64,000 nucleotides of DNA from the NCBI GenBank assembly GCA_007280125.1, contig QYPT01000076.1, positions 17-64,016 on the forward strand, in the 5' to 3' direction. Below, piece after piece: positions 16,574 to 25,718 of the stretch. Numbering within the stretch: the first letter of the stretch is position 1; each line of letters starts with the position of its first letter. Source of the DNA: Streptomycetaceae bacterium. Lineage in GTDB: Bacteria; Actinomycetota; Actinomycetes; Nanopelagicales; Nanopelagicaceae. Both the position numbers and the translations under genes were made by a program. A model generated the notes under the pieces. That model was not told the DNA's origin, made no database searches, and saw nothing but the letters and a program-made list of their open reading frames with translations.

Positions 16574-17609
16574 GATCTCTCATCCAATCAAAGGCATCTT
16601 CTTGCATTTCGGTAGTGAAAGAGTGGCGAACTGGATAGGTATCACTTGAATAATCTTGATGGACTTCTTTGAGCATCTTATCCGCGTCAAGCATTCCCGC
16701 TTGCGTGAATAGTTGGTCATTCGCACAAAATTGCACATACAGCGATTGCGGGGAGCCGAGCGCAGCAACTCCTGGCCAATCACTGACCTGTGCTAAACCT
16801 GTAGGAAAAAACATCCACGAATGCGGAGCAATGTGTTTGTCCACCATTGATTCATATGTAGCCATCGCACCAATGGACACAGTGGCGCGCAATTGCGGTG
16901 AAGTTGCATGCAAATAGATGGCACGGCAGCCTCCGCCCGAAAGTCCAATTGCTGAAATTGATTCGGATATTTCTGGCAATGTTTGCGCAACTGCTAGTGC
17001 TACTCGATCGTCAAAATTTAGGAGCCCAGCCAATGTCGCCCCAAACATGGATAAGTATTTAGAGATAACCATCGATTCGTGCATCACTGCCAAAGTTTCG
17101 TATAAAGATGTACTGGCAATTTCCTTCAATCGTTCGGGCATATTTTCTAAAGGAAAACGACGAGAGCCCCATAAGAAGCAATCAAATGCCAAGACAGCAA
17201 AACCCCTTTTAGCTAATTCGTTAGCGGGCGCCCGATCTCCGTAATGATCACGTCGGACCCACAATAATTCTTCGGGAAGCGCTCCCGCTCCTTCAACAAT
17301 CTTTTCTTTACCAAATTCCTTTACATCGTCGTGGCTGTGAAGAAAGAGGGCACCTGGCAATGGATCTGTAGTTCCTTCTGGAACTAGGAGGAGAGCTTGA
17401 GTGCGAGGCCCCCAACCGGTACTCCAACTAATTTCAGAAATCGTGACACCATCAAAATTCCACGAGTTTCCACGCTCAATACCCAGTTCTTTAGGAAATT
17501 CTGGCACATTTCCAAGATGTGCGATCAAGACTGAGCGATCGATAGTAGGCGGAAAAGGTGGAGAAAAATTCAGCACCTTCGGTAAATCAAAGTATGGTCC
17601 TAAATCCAT
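16566..17609 (-). CDS. alpha/beta-hydrolase (putative carbohydrate esterase)
   Basis: ORF 16566..17651. I prefer the ATG at 17609 (MDLGPYF...), which removes the overlap with the upstream gene. The nucleophile elbow is GLSGGG. The substrate is unknown. Confidence 0.6.
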   Translation of the reverse strand: MDLGPYFDLPKVLNFSPPFPPTIDRSVLIAHLGNVPEFPKELGIERGNSWNFDGVTISEISWSTGWGPRTQALLLVPEGTTDPLPGALFLHSHDDVKEFGKEKIVEGAGALPEELLWVRRDHYGDRAPANELAKRGFAVLAFDCFLWGSRRFPLENMPERLKEIASTSLYETLAVMHESMVISKYLSMFGATLAGLLNFDDRVALAVAQTLPEISESISAIGLSGGGCRAIYLHATSPQLRATVSIGAMATYESMVDKHIAPHSWMFFPTGLAQVSDWPGVAALGSPQSLYVQFCANDQLFTQAGMLDADKMLKEVHQDYSSDTYPVRHSFTTEMQEDAFDWMRDHV

Positions 17610-17619
17610 GGCGCACACA

Positions 17620-18270
17620 TCACAAAACTCCAAATTTAGCGAAGGCGGCACTCGGACTCATCCCTGCCTTAACGGCTTTTCTAAATTCGCTTTCCCCTGA
17701 ATCCTTTTCTTTAACGCGTTCTACTACTTCAGGAATAAGTGCAACCGGAACTATGACAACTCCATCGACATCGGCAACAACGAGGTCACCTGGATTTATT
17801 GTTACACCGTCAATGACACCGGGGACGTTGTGCGCAATTACTTCATACCGAGAATTAATATCTAACGGACTTGTTCCAACACCAAAAACTTTAAAACCCA
17901 TGGCCCGCGTACGATTCACATCGCGGACGGGTCCGTCCGTGAGTGCTCCGGCTACGCCCTTAAATGCACATGCAGTGGAGAGAAGCTCTCCCCATAAAGA
18001 AGCATGACCTAAACGTTGCGTCGGAGTTACATAGACTTGGTCTTTACTCACCGCATCTAGTGCACGGAGTAATCCCACATAAGGAATCTCTGGGGCAGCT
18101 CTCACAACTTCAAGCTCTACTGGAAATGCATAGCCCATCATGAGTCCCTCACCAGAAAGTATCTCTATGGACGAGCCAAGTACCTGATTACGGTAGCCCA
18201 AATGATCCAAGCAATCTGAGGCTAGCGCTGCGGAAAAGATGGGCCGTAAGGCTGATAAGTCATAATTCAT
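17620..18270 (-). CDS. RraA / 4-hydroxy-4-methyl-2-oxoglutarate aldolase family protein
   Basis: 216 aa. It shows GELLSTACAFKGVAGALTDGPVRD ... GDLVVADVDGVVIVP, the characteristic RraA-like fold motifs. Confidence 0.75.
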   Translation of the reverse strand: MNYDLSALRPIFSAALASDCLDHLGYRNQVLGSSIEILSGEGLMMGYAFPVELEVVRAAPEIPYVGLLRALDAVSKDQVYVTPTQRLGHASLWGELLSTACAFKGVAGALTDGPVRDVNRTRAMGFKVFGVGTSPLDINSRYEVIAHNVPGVIDGVTINPGDLVVADVDGVVIVPVALIPEVVERVKEKDSGESEFRKAVKAGMSPSAAFAKFGVL

Positions 18271-18346
18271 GACCCCACGCTAGAGCCTGGATGGACTTTT
18301 CTCAAAGGGTTTCTTATACCAGGTAGGGCTATCCGCTGCCCGCTGA

Positions 18347-18365
18347 GATAACGATTTTAGTTATC
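18347..18365. promoter_or_regulatory. inverted repeat GATAAC-N7-GTTATC in the divergent promoter region
   Basis: gataacgattttagttatc lies between the RraA-like gene (minus) and the sugar-binding protein gene (plus). No regulator gene is adjacent. Confidence 0.35.
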
Positions 18366-18468
18366 GAATGTTTGACGGAAAGTCATTGACATTACCTGCC
18401 ACTTATACGAGAGTTTGAGCGTGTGGTTCTACCACACCAAATTATCCTCGCAGAGAATGGACTAATTA

Positions 18469-19749
18469 ATGCGCAAAAGTTCAGTTCGTCTCGCTGCCGC
18501 ACTAGCAGCTGTTGCACTTGTTGTAACAGGTTGCTCGTCTTCATCAAAGACAGATAGTGCCGCAGCCGACAAGCAGTTAGAAATCTTCACCTGGTGGGCC
18601 GCAGGCGGAGAAAAAGCTGGTCTCGATGGAATGCAGGCTGCATTTGAGGCTGCAAATCCAGATACCAAGTTCGTTAACTCGTCCATCGCCGGTGGTGCTG
18701 GTGTTAACGCAAAGGCAGTTCTCGTAAGTCGCCTAGAAGCTAACGATCCACCTGATTCATTCCAAGCACATGCTGGTATGGAACTTGATGGCTATGTGAA
18801 GTCGGGCAAGCTCGAAGATCTCACATCACTGTATGCATCTGAAGGTTGGGACAAAGTATTCCCAGCAGATTTGCTAAAGACACTTACCGTTGATGGAAAA
18901 ATTTATTCAGTTCCAGTAAACATCCACCGTGCAAACGTAATTTGGTGGAACCCTGCAGCAGCAACAAAGGCCGGCATTACAGCAGCCCCAGCAACTTTGG
19001 ATGATTTCTTTGCAGATCTCGCCAAGTTCAAGGCTGCAGGTATGACAGGACTTGCACTTGCAGGCAAGGGTGACTGGGCAATCGCTCACCTCATGGACTG
19101 GATGCTTCTAGCATCAATGGGTCCAGATAAGTTTGAAGGTCTCTTCAATGGTTCAACGTCATGGACAGGTCCAGAAGTTGCAGCAGCACTTGTTAATTTC
19201 CAGAAGGCACTTTCCTACGGAAATAAAGATGCTGGAAACCTTGAATGGCCAGATGCTGGAAAGCTTGTTACTTCCGGCAAAGCTGGATTCTTTATCATGG
19301 GTGACTGGGCATCAGCACAGTGGCAATCAGATGGCCTAGTACTTGGCACTGATTACACATGGGCACCTGCTCCAGGAACTGTTGGTATTTACCAGTGGCT
19401 ATCAGATTCATTTACATTGCCAATTGGAGCCAAGGACCACAATGCAGCACTTGCATGGTTGAAGGTCTGCGGATCAAAGGAAGGACAAGATGCATTTAAC
19501 CCTAAGAAGGGTTCAATCTCAGTCCGTACCGACTCCGATCTGACACTGTATGACTCCTATTTGCAAGCTGCCGCAGCTGAGTGGAAGGTTGACCGCCTTG
19601 TCGGTTCAACAGTTCACGGCGTTAACGGTAACAACGCATTGATGGCCGCGTACTCTGCAGCAGCCGGTAAGTATCTTTCCGGTGGAGCTAAGGACAATGC
19701 AGGGCTTGCTAAGGATCTTGCAGCAGCGTACGAAGCTGGCAAGGCCTAA
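18469..19749 (+). CDS. sugar ABC transporter substrate-binding lipoprotein (family 1)
   Basis: 426 aa with signal peptide and lipobox (AVALVVTGCSSSSK) and a typical family-1 SBP composition. Confidence 0.9.
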   Translation: MRKSSVRLAAALAAVALVVTGCSSSSKTDSAAADKQLEIFTWWAAGGEKAGLDGMQAAFEAANPDTKFVNSSIAGGAGVNAKAVLVSRLEANDPPDSFQAHAGMELDGYVKSGKLEDLTSLYASEGWDKVFPADLLKTLTVDGKIYSVPVNIHRANVIWWNPAAATKAGITAAPATLDDFFADLAKFKAAGMTGLALAGKGDWAIAHLMDWMLLASMGPDKFEGLFNGSTSWTGPEVAAALVNFQKALSYGNKDAGNLEWPDAGKLVTSGKAGFFIMGDWASAQWQSDGLVLGTDYTWAPAPGTVGIYQWLSDSFTLPIGAKDHNAALAWLKVCGSKEGQDAFNPKKGSISVRTDSDLTLYDSYLQAAAAEWKVDRLVGSTVHGVNGNNALMAAYSAAAGKYLSGGAKDNAGLAKDLAAAYEAGKA

Positions 19750-19814
19750 GCAAAGTTCAGCACGACGAGTAATACTCGAAGTAGTACCCCAAGTGCTACA
19801 GGCATGAAATAAGT

Positions 19815-19846
19815 TCTGGTGGGCGGTAGAAATACCGTCCACCAGA
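19815..19846 (+). terminator. intercistronic stem-loop after the SBP gene (14-bp stem, GAAA loop)
   Basis: tctggtgggcggta / gaaa / taccgtccaccaga, with one G-U pair. There is no U-tract, so it is more likely an attenuator or mRNA stabiliser than a full terminator. Confidence 0.5.
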
Positions 19847-19902
19847 CTTATCACCAAATAATGTTTTGATAAGTTTTGAATACATGGCATGAAGGGTTGT
19901 TA

Positions 19903-20817
19903 ATGTCAAAGGGCAAGAGCAAGGCTCACGGCGGCATTACTAGTCGATGGGGTGGTTTCTTCTTCGTCCTTCCTTCAATCATCGCAGTAGCAATCTTCGT
20001 TTACGGCATGATCGCATGGACGCTTAATATTTCTCTTTCGAACAAGAATTCTTCTGCAGTTCACAATCCCAAATTTGTTGGAATAGCAAACTTCACCGGC
20101 TTAATTCATGATGAGCGCTTCACGCATGCATTTGGAAACCTCATCAAGTTCACTGTTGTATTTATCGCTGGTACTTTAATTTCCGGCTTCATCATGGCTC
20201 TTCTTCTAGAAAAGGGAATAAAAGGAGAAGGCGTTTTCCGCTCCGTCTATCTCTACCCAATGGCGATTTCTTTCATTGCAATGGGTACCGTGTGGAACTG
20301 GCTTATGAACTCCACTCACGGAGAAGGCGCTGCAGGAATCAACTTAATCCTTGCCAAACTACATTTGAGTTTCTTGCAAAGTGATTGGTACGTCTCGCCC
20401 AAGTCTTCAATGTATGCGATGGCGCTGCCGGCAATTTGGCAGATGAGTGGCTATGTTTTGGCTCTCTTCCTGGCGGGCTTTCGTGGAATACCTGATGATC
20501 TTCGCGAAGCTGCTCGAGTCGATGGTGCAAGCGAGGCAAAGATTTATCGGTACGTTCTTTTCCCACAGCTCAGCCCAACTTTCTTGACAGTCCTTATTAT
20601 CTTGGGCCATATCTCGATGAAAGTTTTCGATCTCATCATTGGAATTTCGGGAAAAACATACATCACAGATGTTCTTGCTGTTTATATGTGGCAAGTGACA
20701 TTCGACTTTACTAACTATGCAAAGGGCGCAGCAATCGCCATGGTCATTCTTCTTATGGTGGCAATCGTTGTCATTCCATATCTGCGCTATGTCAACAAGA
20801 GTGAGGAGTACAACTAA
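19903..20817 (+). CDS. sugar ABC transporter permease (MalF-like)
   Basis: ORF 19876..20817. I prefer the ATG at 19903 (MSKGKSK...). It is multi-TM, with the EAA loop REAARVDGASEAKIYRYVLFPQL. Confidence 0.9.
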   Translation: MSKGKSKAHGGITSRWGGFFFVLPSIIAVAIFVYGMIAWTLNISLSNKNSSAVHNPKFVGIANFTGLIHDERFTHAFGNLIKFTVVFIAGTLISGFIMALLLEKGIKGEGVFRSVYLYPMAISFIAMGTVWNWLMNSTHGEGAAGINLILAKLHLSFLQSDWYVSPKSSMYAMALPAIWQMSGYVLALFLAGFRGIPDDLREAARVDGASEAKIYRYVLFPQLSPTFLTVLIILGHISMKVFDLIIGISGKTYITDVLAVYMWQVTFDFTNYAKGAAIAMVILLMVAIVVIPYLRYVNKSEEYN

Positions 20818-21710
20818 TGAGCTCCGACATCGTTGATCGCATTACAGCACATGTTCCATCGCATGGTGGGAGTAATAAGAAACTCACTGGCGTAGCACAA
20901 TTCTGGTTGGTCTTCCGCTATATCTCGCTTTTCATAATCTTGGCAATGATCATTCTACCGATTTATGTTTTGGTTATTAACTCATTCAAGGGACCAACCG
21001 TTTATCTTCCTGATGCTTTGAATTTACCAAAGCATTGGACTCTTTCAACCTGGCCAGCAGCTTGGGCAGCGTTAGGTGTGCCGATGATGCGCACACTCTT
21101 CTTCGTCGTGCAGTCATCAATTATTTCAGCAATTATTGGTTCGATCAATGGATATGTTCTCGCTAAATGGCGCTTTCGTGGATCCAAGATGGTTTTCACG
21201 CTTTTCTTGTTTGGAATGTTTATTCCATATCAAGCCATCATGATTCCTTTGGTTCAATTTAACAGGGCCGTAGGACTTACGGGTTCGATTTACGTTCTTG
21301 TTTTAGCGCATGTTGTTTACGGTATCCCAATTTGTACTTTAATTTTCCGTAACTATTACGCTGCAATCCCAGATGAAATCATTGAAGCAGGTCGTGTTGA
21401 TGGAGCATCAATGGTTCGAATTTATCGCTCCATCATGTTGCCTCTCTCCATTCCAGGTTTTGTTGTCGTGCTTATTTGGCAATTTACATCAGCTTGGAAT
21501 GACTTCCTCTTCGCAATTTTCCTCACCGGTGGTTCACCAAGCCTGGCGGTTGCCACGACAGCGCTTAATTTCATTACCGGAGGCATGCAGATTAACTATG
21601 GGGTCAATATGACTGCTTCCTTTATGGCCTCTATCCCGACTCTTTTGGTTTACATGTTCCTAGGGCGTTATTTCTTGCGAGGACTACTCAGCGGGTCGTT
21701 GAAGGGCTAG
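20817..21710 (+). CDS. sugar ABC transporter permease (MalG-like)
   Basis: 297 aa. The EAA loop is IEAGRVDGASMVRIYRSIMLPL. There is a 1-nt overlap with the upstream permease gene. Confidence 0.9.
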   Translation: MSSDIVDRITAHVPSHGGSNKKLTGVAQFWLVFRYISLFIILAMIILPIYVLVINSFKGPTVYLPDALNLPKHWTLSTWPAAWAALGVPMMRTLFFVVQSSIISAIIGSINGYVLAKWRFRGSKMVFTLFLFGMFIPYQAIMIPLVQFNRAVGLTGSIYVLVLAHVVYGIPICTLIFRNYYAAIPDEIIEAGRVDGASMVRIYRSIMLPLSIPGFVVVLIWQFTSAWNDFLFAIFLTGGSPSLAVATTALNFITGGMQINYGVNMTASFMASIPTLLVYMFLGRYFLRGLLSGSLKG

Positions 21711-21721
21711 TCTTTGAGCCT

Positions 21722-22597
21722 ATGAAAGCTCAAGTCTTCGATGATCGCCGCAACGTATTAGGGGAAGGCCCGACCGCAATTGGGCCAAAAAATGAACTTA
21801 TTACTTGGGTAGATCTATATGGCAAGAAGGTGCGCTCACGTCACATGGCATCTGGGGCAACGACCGAATACGACACCACCGAAGATGTTGGCTTTGCGAT
21901 TCCTCGAGTTAATGGTGGTGAAATCCTAGGTACTGCCAATGGACCTCTTCTTAGAGATGCAGATGGAACTTTGCACGCTTTGCCTACTCGTCACGATGTA
22001 GATGGATATAAGCAAAGCCAAGTTCTGCGATGGAATGATGCGAAAGTTTCTCCAAGTGGGGACTTGTTCTTGGGGACCATGGCATATGACTTTAAGACAA
22101 ATGCTGGTGCGTTGTACCAAATGCGCAGCGATGCTAAGCATATGCGTCGCCTATTTGGAGATGTAACGATTAGCAATGGTCTTGATTGGACAGTTGATGG
22201 TAAGACTATGTTTTTTATCGATACTCCACTCAGTCGCGTAGATATTTTCGATGTCGAAGAGCGAGAAATTAAGAATCGACGAACTTTGGTAACTTTCCCA
22301 GAGAGTATGGGATTCCCTGATGGCATGTGCGCTGACGCTGATGGAAATATCTGGGTTGCTTTCTGGATGGGCTCTGCAGTTCGGTGTTTTGATGGCAAGA
22401 GCGGCCAACTCTTAGAGGAGATTTCTTGCCCAGCTCCTCGCATTACATCCTGTGCTTTTGGTGGAGAGAATTTGGATCAATTAATAATTACAAGTGCGAG
22501 TGAAGATACCGACCTTGAAGCTCATCCAGAGGCAGGGTTTGTTTTTATCGCCTCACCTGGCGTTCAAGGACTAAAGACGACACTTTTCAACGCATAA
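21722..22597 (+). CDS. SMP-30/gluconolactonase/LRE-family sugar lactonase
   Basis: 291 aa. It shows NVLGEGP, SNGLDWTVDGKTMFFIDT, and PDGMCADADGNIWVA. Confidence 0.8.
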   Translation: MKAQVFDDRRNVLGEGPTAIGPKNELITWVDLYGKKVRSRHMASGATTEYDTTEDVGFAIPRVNGGEILGTANGPLLRDADGTLHALPTRHDVDGYKQSQVLRWNDAKVSPSGDLFLGTMAYDFKTNAGALYQMRSDAKHMRRLFGDVTISNGLDWTVDGKTMFFIDTPLSRVDIFDVEEREIKNRRTLVTFPESMGFPDGMCADADGNIWVAFWMGSAVRCFDGKSGQLLEEISCPAPRITSCAFGGENLDQLIITSASEDTDLEAHPEAGFVFIASPGVQGLKTTLFNA

Positions 22598-23550
22598 TGC
22601 CTGATCTTTACACCTTTGGTGAGGCAATGGCGCTTTTTCTCTCTTCGGATACAGATGATGTAGTCACTGCAAAGAGTTTTTCAAGAAGCGCCGCAGGAGC
22701 CGAGGGAAATGTTGCTGTCGGCGTGAGTCGTTTGGGATTGAATGCGCATTTTTACACGCACTTTGGCAATGACGAACTCGGTACTGCGATCTTGAATGAT
22801 TTTCAAGCTGAGGGAGTAGATGTTTCAGCGGTCAAGCGCGTCCCAGAATTTACTGGCACCATGATTCGCAATCCCGGAACATCACGAGCGGTGGAAGCAA
22901 CATATTTGCGGAAGGGCGCAGCTGCTTCGACAATTTCGCGTGATGATATTGATATAGAAATGATCAAAAATTCTCGATGGGTACATGCCACTGGAATAAC
23001 ATGTGCAATTTCTGATTCTGCTGCAGGGGCCGTTGAGCATGCGCTGCAAGCAGCACGGCAGAATAATATTTCTGCGAGTTTTGACCTCAATATACGTCGA
23101 AAATTATGGAGTGTAGAGAAAGCCAGAAGTGTTTTAGAACCCCTTGCCCACGATGTTGAGCTCTTGATTGGCGGGCAAGACGAGTACGAAGTTGTTTTTG
23201 GAGAGTCAGATCCAAGGAAAGCGATAGAAGTCGCTCATGGCCGCGGATGTTCAATTGTGATCATGACAAACGCGGATCAACCGATTCGATTTTCAATAAA
23301 TGGAAATTACTCAGAAGTTACGCCTCCAAAAATTACAGCAGTAGACCCAGTGGGCTCGGGAGATGCTTTTACTGGAGGAGTGATCGCTGGACTGCTCAGT
23401 GGCTTGCCAGCAATGGATGCCATCATCCAAGGTTCGGTATCTGGTGCCAGAGTGGCTAGCCATTTTGGCGATTGGGCGGGCCTACCAACTGGCATTAAGG
23501 GACGTACCCACCCTGCAATAATTGCTCAGATGACTCAGGGAGGACGCTGA
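22597..23550 (+). CDS. kdgK: 2-dehydro-3-deoxy-gluconate/galactonate kinase (PfkB family)
   Basis: 317 aa. It shows AGAEGNVAVGVSRLG and DPVGSGDAFTGGVIAGLL. The context is a lactonase upstream and an aldolase downstream. Confidence 0.82.
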   Translation: MPDLYTFGEAMALFLSSDTDDVVTAKSFSRSAAGAEGNVAVGVSRLGLNAHFYTHFGNDELGTAILNDFQAEGVDVSAVKRVPEFTGTMIRNPGTSRAVEATYLRKGAAASTISRDDIDIEMIKNSRWVHATGITCAISDSAAGAVEHALQAARQNNISASFDLNIRRKLWSVEKARSVLEPLAHDVELLIGGQDEYEVVFGESDPRKAIEVAHGRGCSIVIMTNADQPIRFSINGNYSEVTPPKITAVDPVGSGDAFTGGVIAGLLSGLPAMDAIIQGSVSGARVASHFGDWAGLPTGIKGRTHPAIIAQMTQGGR

Positions 23551-24170
23551 TGGATGTGTTGAGCAGACTTAAATCCGCTGGTGCTGTAGCAATTGTTCGA
23601 GCGCACGATCAAGCAACCGGCCAAGAAATTGCTGATGCCATTGTCGATGCTGGACTCACCTGTATTGAAGTCACACTTACTAATCCAGGTGCCTTTTCAA
23701 TCATTGAATCCTTAGCCAAGCGGGCCGATGTTTGCGTAGGAGTAGGAACCGTTGTCGATAGCGCCGATGTCACGCGAGCCCATAATGCGGGTGCGCGCTT
23801 TGTTGTCTCTCCAAACACCAACCCTGACGTTATTTCGGCGACAAAAAGCGCGGGTTTAATCTCTTGTCCAGGAATTGCGACTGCAACTGAGGTTGGCATT
23901 GCACTAGAGGCAGGTGCGGATGTTTTAAAACTTTTCCCTGCCTCAACCTATGGACCTTCGCACCTGAAAGCCTTGCGCGATCCTTTCCCGGGACGCCTAT
24001 GGTGCCCAACTGGCGGAATGACTGTTGAGTCGATTCCACAGTGGTTTGAAGCAGGAGCTTCTTTTGTCGGTTTGGGTGGCCCGTTGCTAAAAGGTGGAAT
24101 TCAAGCAATACCGTCAAATGTCGCTTCATTTATCGCCGCTATTTCCGCGGCAAGAGAGGTAAAGTCCTGA
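23550..24170 (+). CDS. eda: KDPG/KDPGal aldolase (2-dehydro-3-deoxy-6-phospho-aldonate aldolase)
   Basis: 206 aa. It shows AIVRA..., CIEVTLTNPGA, VGVGTV, ARFVVSPN, and VLKLFPAS. Confidence 0.85.
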   Translation: MDVLSRLKSAGAVAIVRAHDQATGQEIADAIVDAGLTCIEVTLTNPGAFSIIESLAKRADVCVGVGTVVDSADVTRAHNAGARFVVSPNTNPDVISATKSAGLISCPGIATATEVGIALEAGADVLKLFPASTYGPSHLKALRDPFPGRLWCPTGGMTVESIPQWFEAGASFVGLGGPLLKGGIQAIPSNVASFIAAISAAREVKS

Positions 24171-24173
24171 CTT

Positions 24174-24932
24174 ATGAAACTCGCAAATAATCACATTTTC
24201 GTTACCGGTGGCTCCAAAGGAATCGGCAAAGCCATTGTCAGGGATTGCGCAGAGGCCGGAGCGAAAGTTTCTTTCGTTGATATTGACGTGCCCGCGGGAG
24301 AAGCATTTGCTAAAGAGATGCGAGCTGCTGGCTTTTTGGTTGCTTTTGCAGAAGCAGATGTTACTGATTTTCAGGCGCTGGAGAGAGCCTACAAGTCACT
24401 TGTTGCTCAATTCGGTGAGGTTACTGGAGTTGTAAATAACGCGGGTGTTAATTCATATGCTGATCCAGTGACAATGACCGATGAAGAGTGGGATGCGTTT
24501 TTTGCCGTAGATATGAAGGCGATTTGGCTCACTGCAAAACTGGCCTTGCCTGCAATGCGCATAGCTAAGAAGGGCGCGATTGTAATAATTGGTTCAATTC
24601 ATGGCCGCCTCACCTTTCCAAACTTCTTCCCATATGGTGCTGCTAAGTCGGCAATTCTTGGATTGATGAAGAGTTTGGGCGTTGATGAAGGTAAGCACAA
24701 TATTCGCACCAATACTGTTGCCCCTGGTTATGTTTTGACGCCGCTGACACAGGGATGGCTAGATGCAGAAGCTGGTCGCACAGAACGCAGCTTGTCGATA
24801 CAACCCATGGGACGAATGGGCCAACCTCACGAAATTGCAAAAGTTGTCTCCTTCTTATTATCCGATGATGCTTCATTCGTAAACGCCTCTGATTGGGCCG
24901 TTGACGGTGGACTTAGTGCAAGGTCAGCGTGA
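24174..24932 (+). CDS. short-chain dehydrogenase/reductase (SDR), tandem paralogue A
   Basis: 252 aa. It shows TGGSKGIGKA, NNAG, and S...PYGAAKSA. Confidence 0.85.
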   Translation: MKLANNHIFVTGGSKGIGKAIVRDCAEAGAKVSFVDIDVPAGEAFAKEMRAAGFLVAFAEADVTDFQALERAYKSLVAQFGEVTGVVNNAGVNSYADPVTMTDEEWDAFFAVDMKAIWLTAKLALPAMRIAKKGAIVIIGSIHGRLTFPNFFPYGAAKSAILGLMKSLGVDEGKHNIRTNTVAPGYVLTPLTQGWLDAEAGRTERSLSIQPMGRMGQPHEIAKVVSFLLSDDASFVNASDWAVDGGLSARSA

Positions 24933-24936
24933 AAAA

Positions 24937-25698
24937 ATGAGACTTAAAGGTGAACATTTACTTATAACTGGCGGCGCACAAGGTATTGGTGAAGCTATTG
25001 TCATAAGCGCAGTTCAAGAGGGCGCTCGCGTTTCATTTGTCGATATCGATGACGCTCACAGCATCGCATTGGTGAAACTACTGACCGATCAAGGCCACCA
25101 AGTTCAGTTTCAGCATGGCGATGTTTCAACATTTGCTACTTTCCAATCGGCTTTTGACAAATTGACAGACTCTTTTGGACCAGTGACTGTGGCAGTTTCT
25201 AATGCTGGCCGAAATTCCTATGCTGATCCCGTTGAATATGCTGATGAAGAATGGGAATCTTTTTTCGCTCTCGATCTAAAATCAACGTGGTATCTCGCTA
25301 AATTGTGTTTACCTCATATGCGAAAAGTGGGTAAAGGCTCTATCGTAAATATTGCCTCTATCCATGGTCGAATGACGACTCCAAACTTCTTCCCTTACTC
25401 CGCTGCTAAGCATGGAATTGTTGGCATAACTCGCAACTTAGCGTTGGATGAAGCCAAGCATGGCATTCGAGTGAATTCGGTTTCTCCTGGATACACCATG
25501 ACGCCACTGCTCAAAAGTTACTTCGAACTCTTCCCTGAGGCCGCAGCGAATGCCGTTGCTGTTCAACCAATGGGGCGCGTGGGTCAACCAGATGAAATAG
25601 CGAAGGTTGTCACTTTTGTCCTTTCAGATGAAGCATCATTTATCAATGGTGCTGACTTGATGGTTGATGGCGGACTCCACGCGCGCTATGCGTCGTAA
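24937..25698 (+). CDS. short-chain dehydrogenase/reductase (SDR), tandem paralogue B
   Basis: ORF 24901..25698. I prefer the ATG at 24937 (MRLKGEHLLITGGAQGIG), which lies after the stop of paralogue A. It is collinear with paralogue A (SNAG, PYSAAKHG, PMGRVGQPDEIAKVV). Confidence 0.85.
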   Translation: MRLKGEHLLITGGAQGIGEAIVISAVQEGARVSFVDIDDAHSIALVKLLTDQGHQVQFQHGDVSTFATFQSAFDKLTDSFGPVTVAVSNAGRNSYADPVEYADEEWESFFALDLKSTWYLAKLCLPHMRKVGKGSIVNIASIHGRMTTPNFFPYSAAKHGIVGITRNLALDEAKHGIRVNSVSPGYTMTPLLKSYFELFPEAAANAVAVQPMGRVGQPDEIAKVVTFVLSDEASFINGADLMVDGGLHARYAS

Positions 25699-25718
25699 AG
25701 TCTGCAGAGATTCATAAC

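Noticed and set aside
18372-18414. TTGACG and TTGACA hexamers upstream of the first sugar SBP gene were considered as a promoter.
   Set aside because: I could not find an acceptable -10 (TANNNT) at 16-18-nt spacing from either hexamer, so no promoter feature is claimed.
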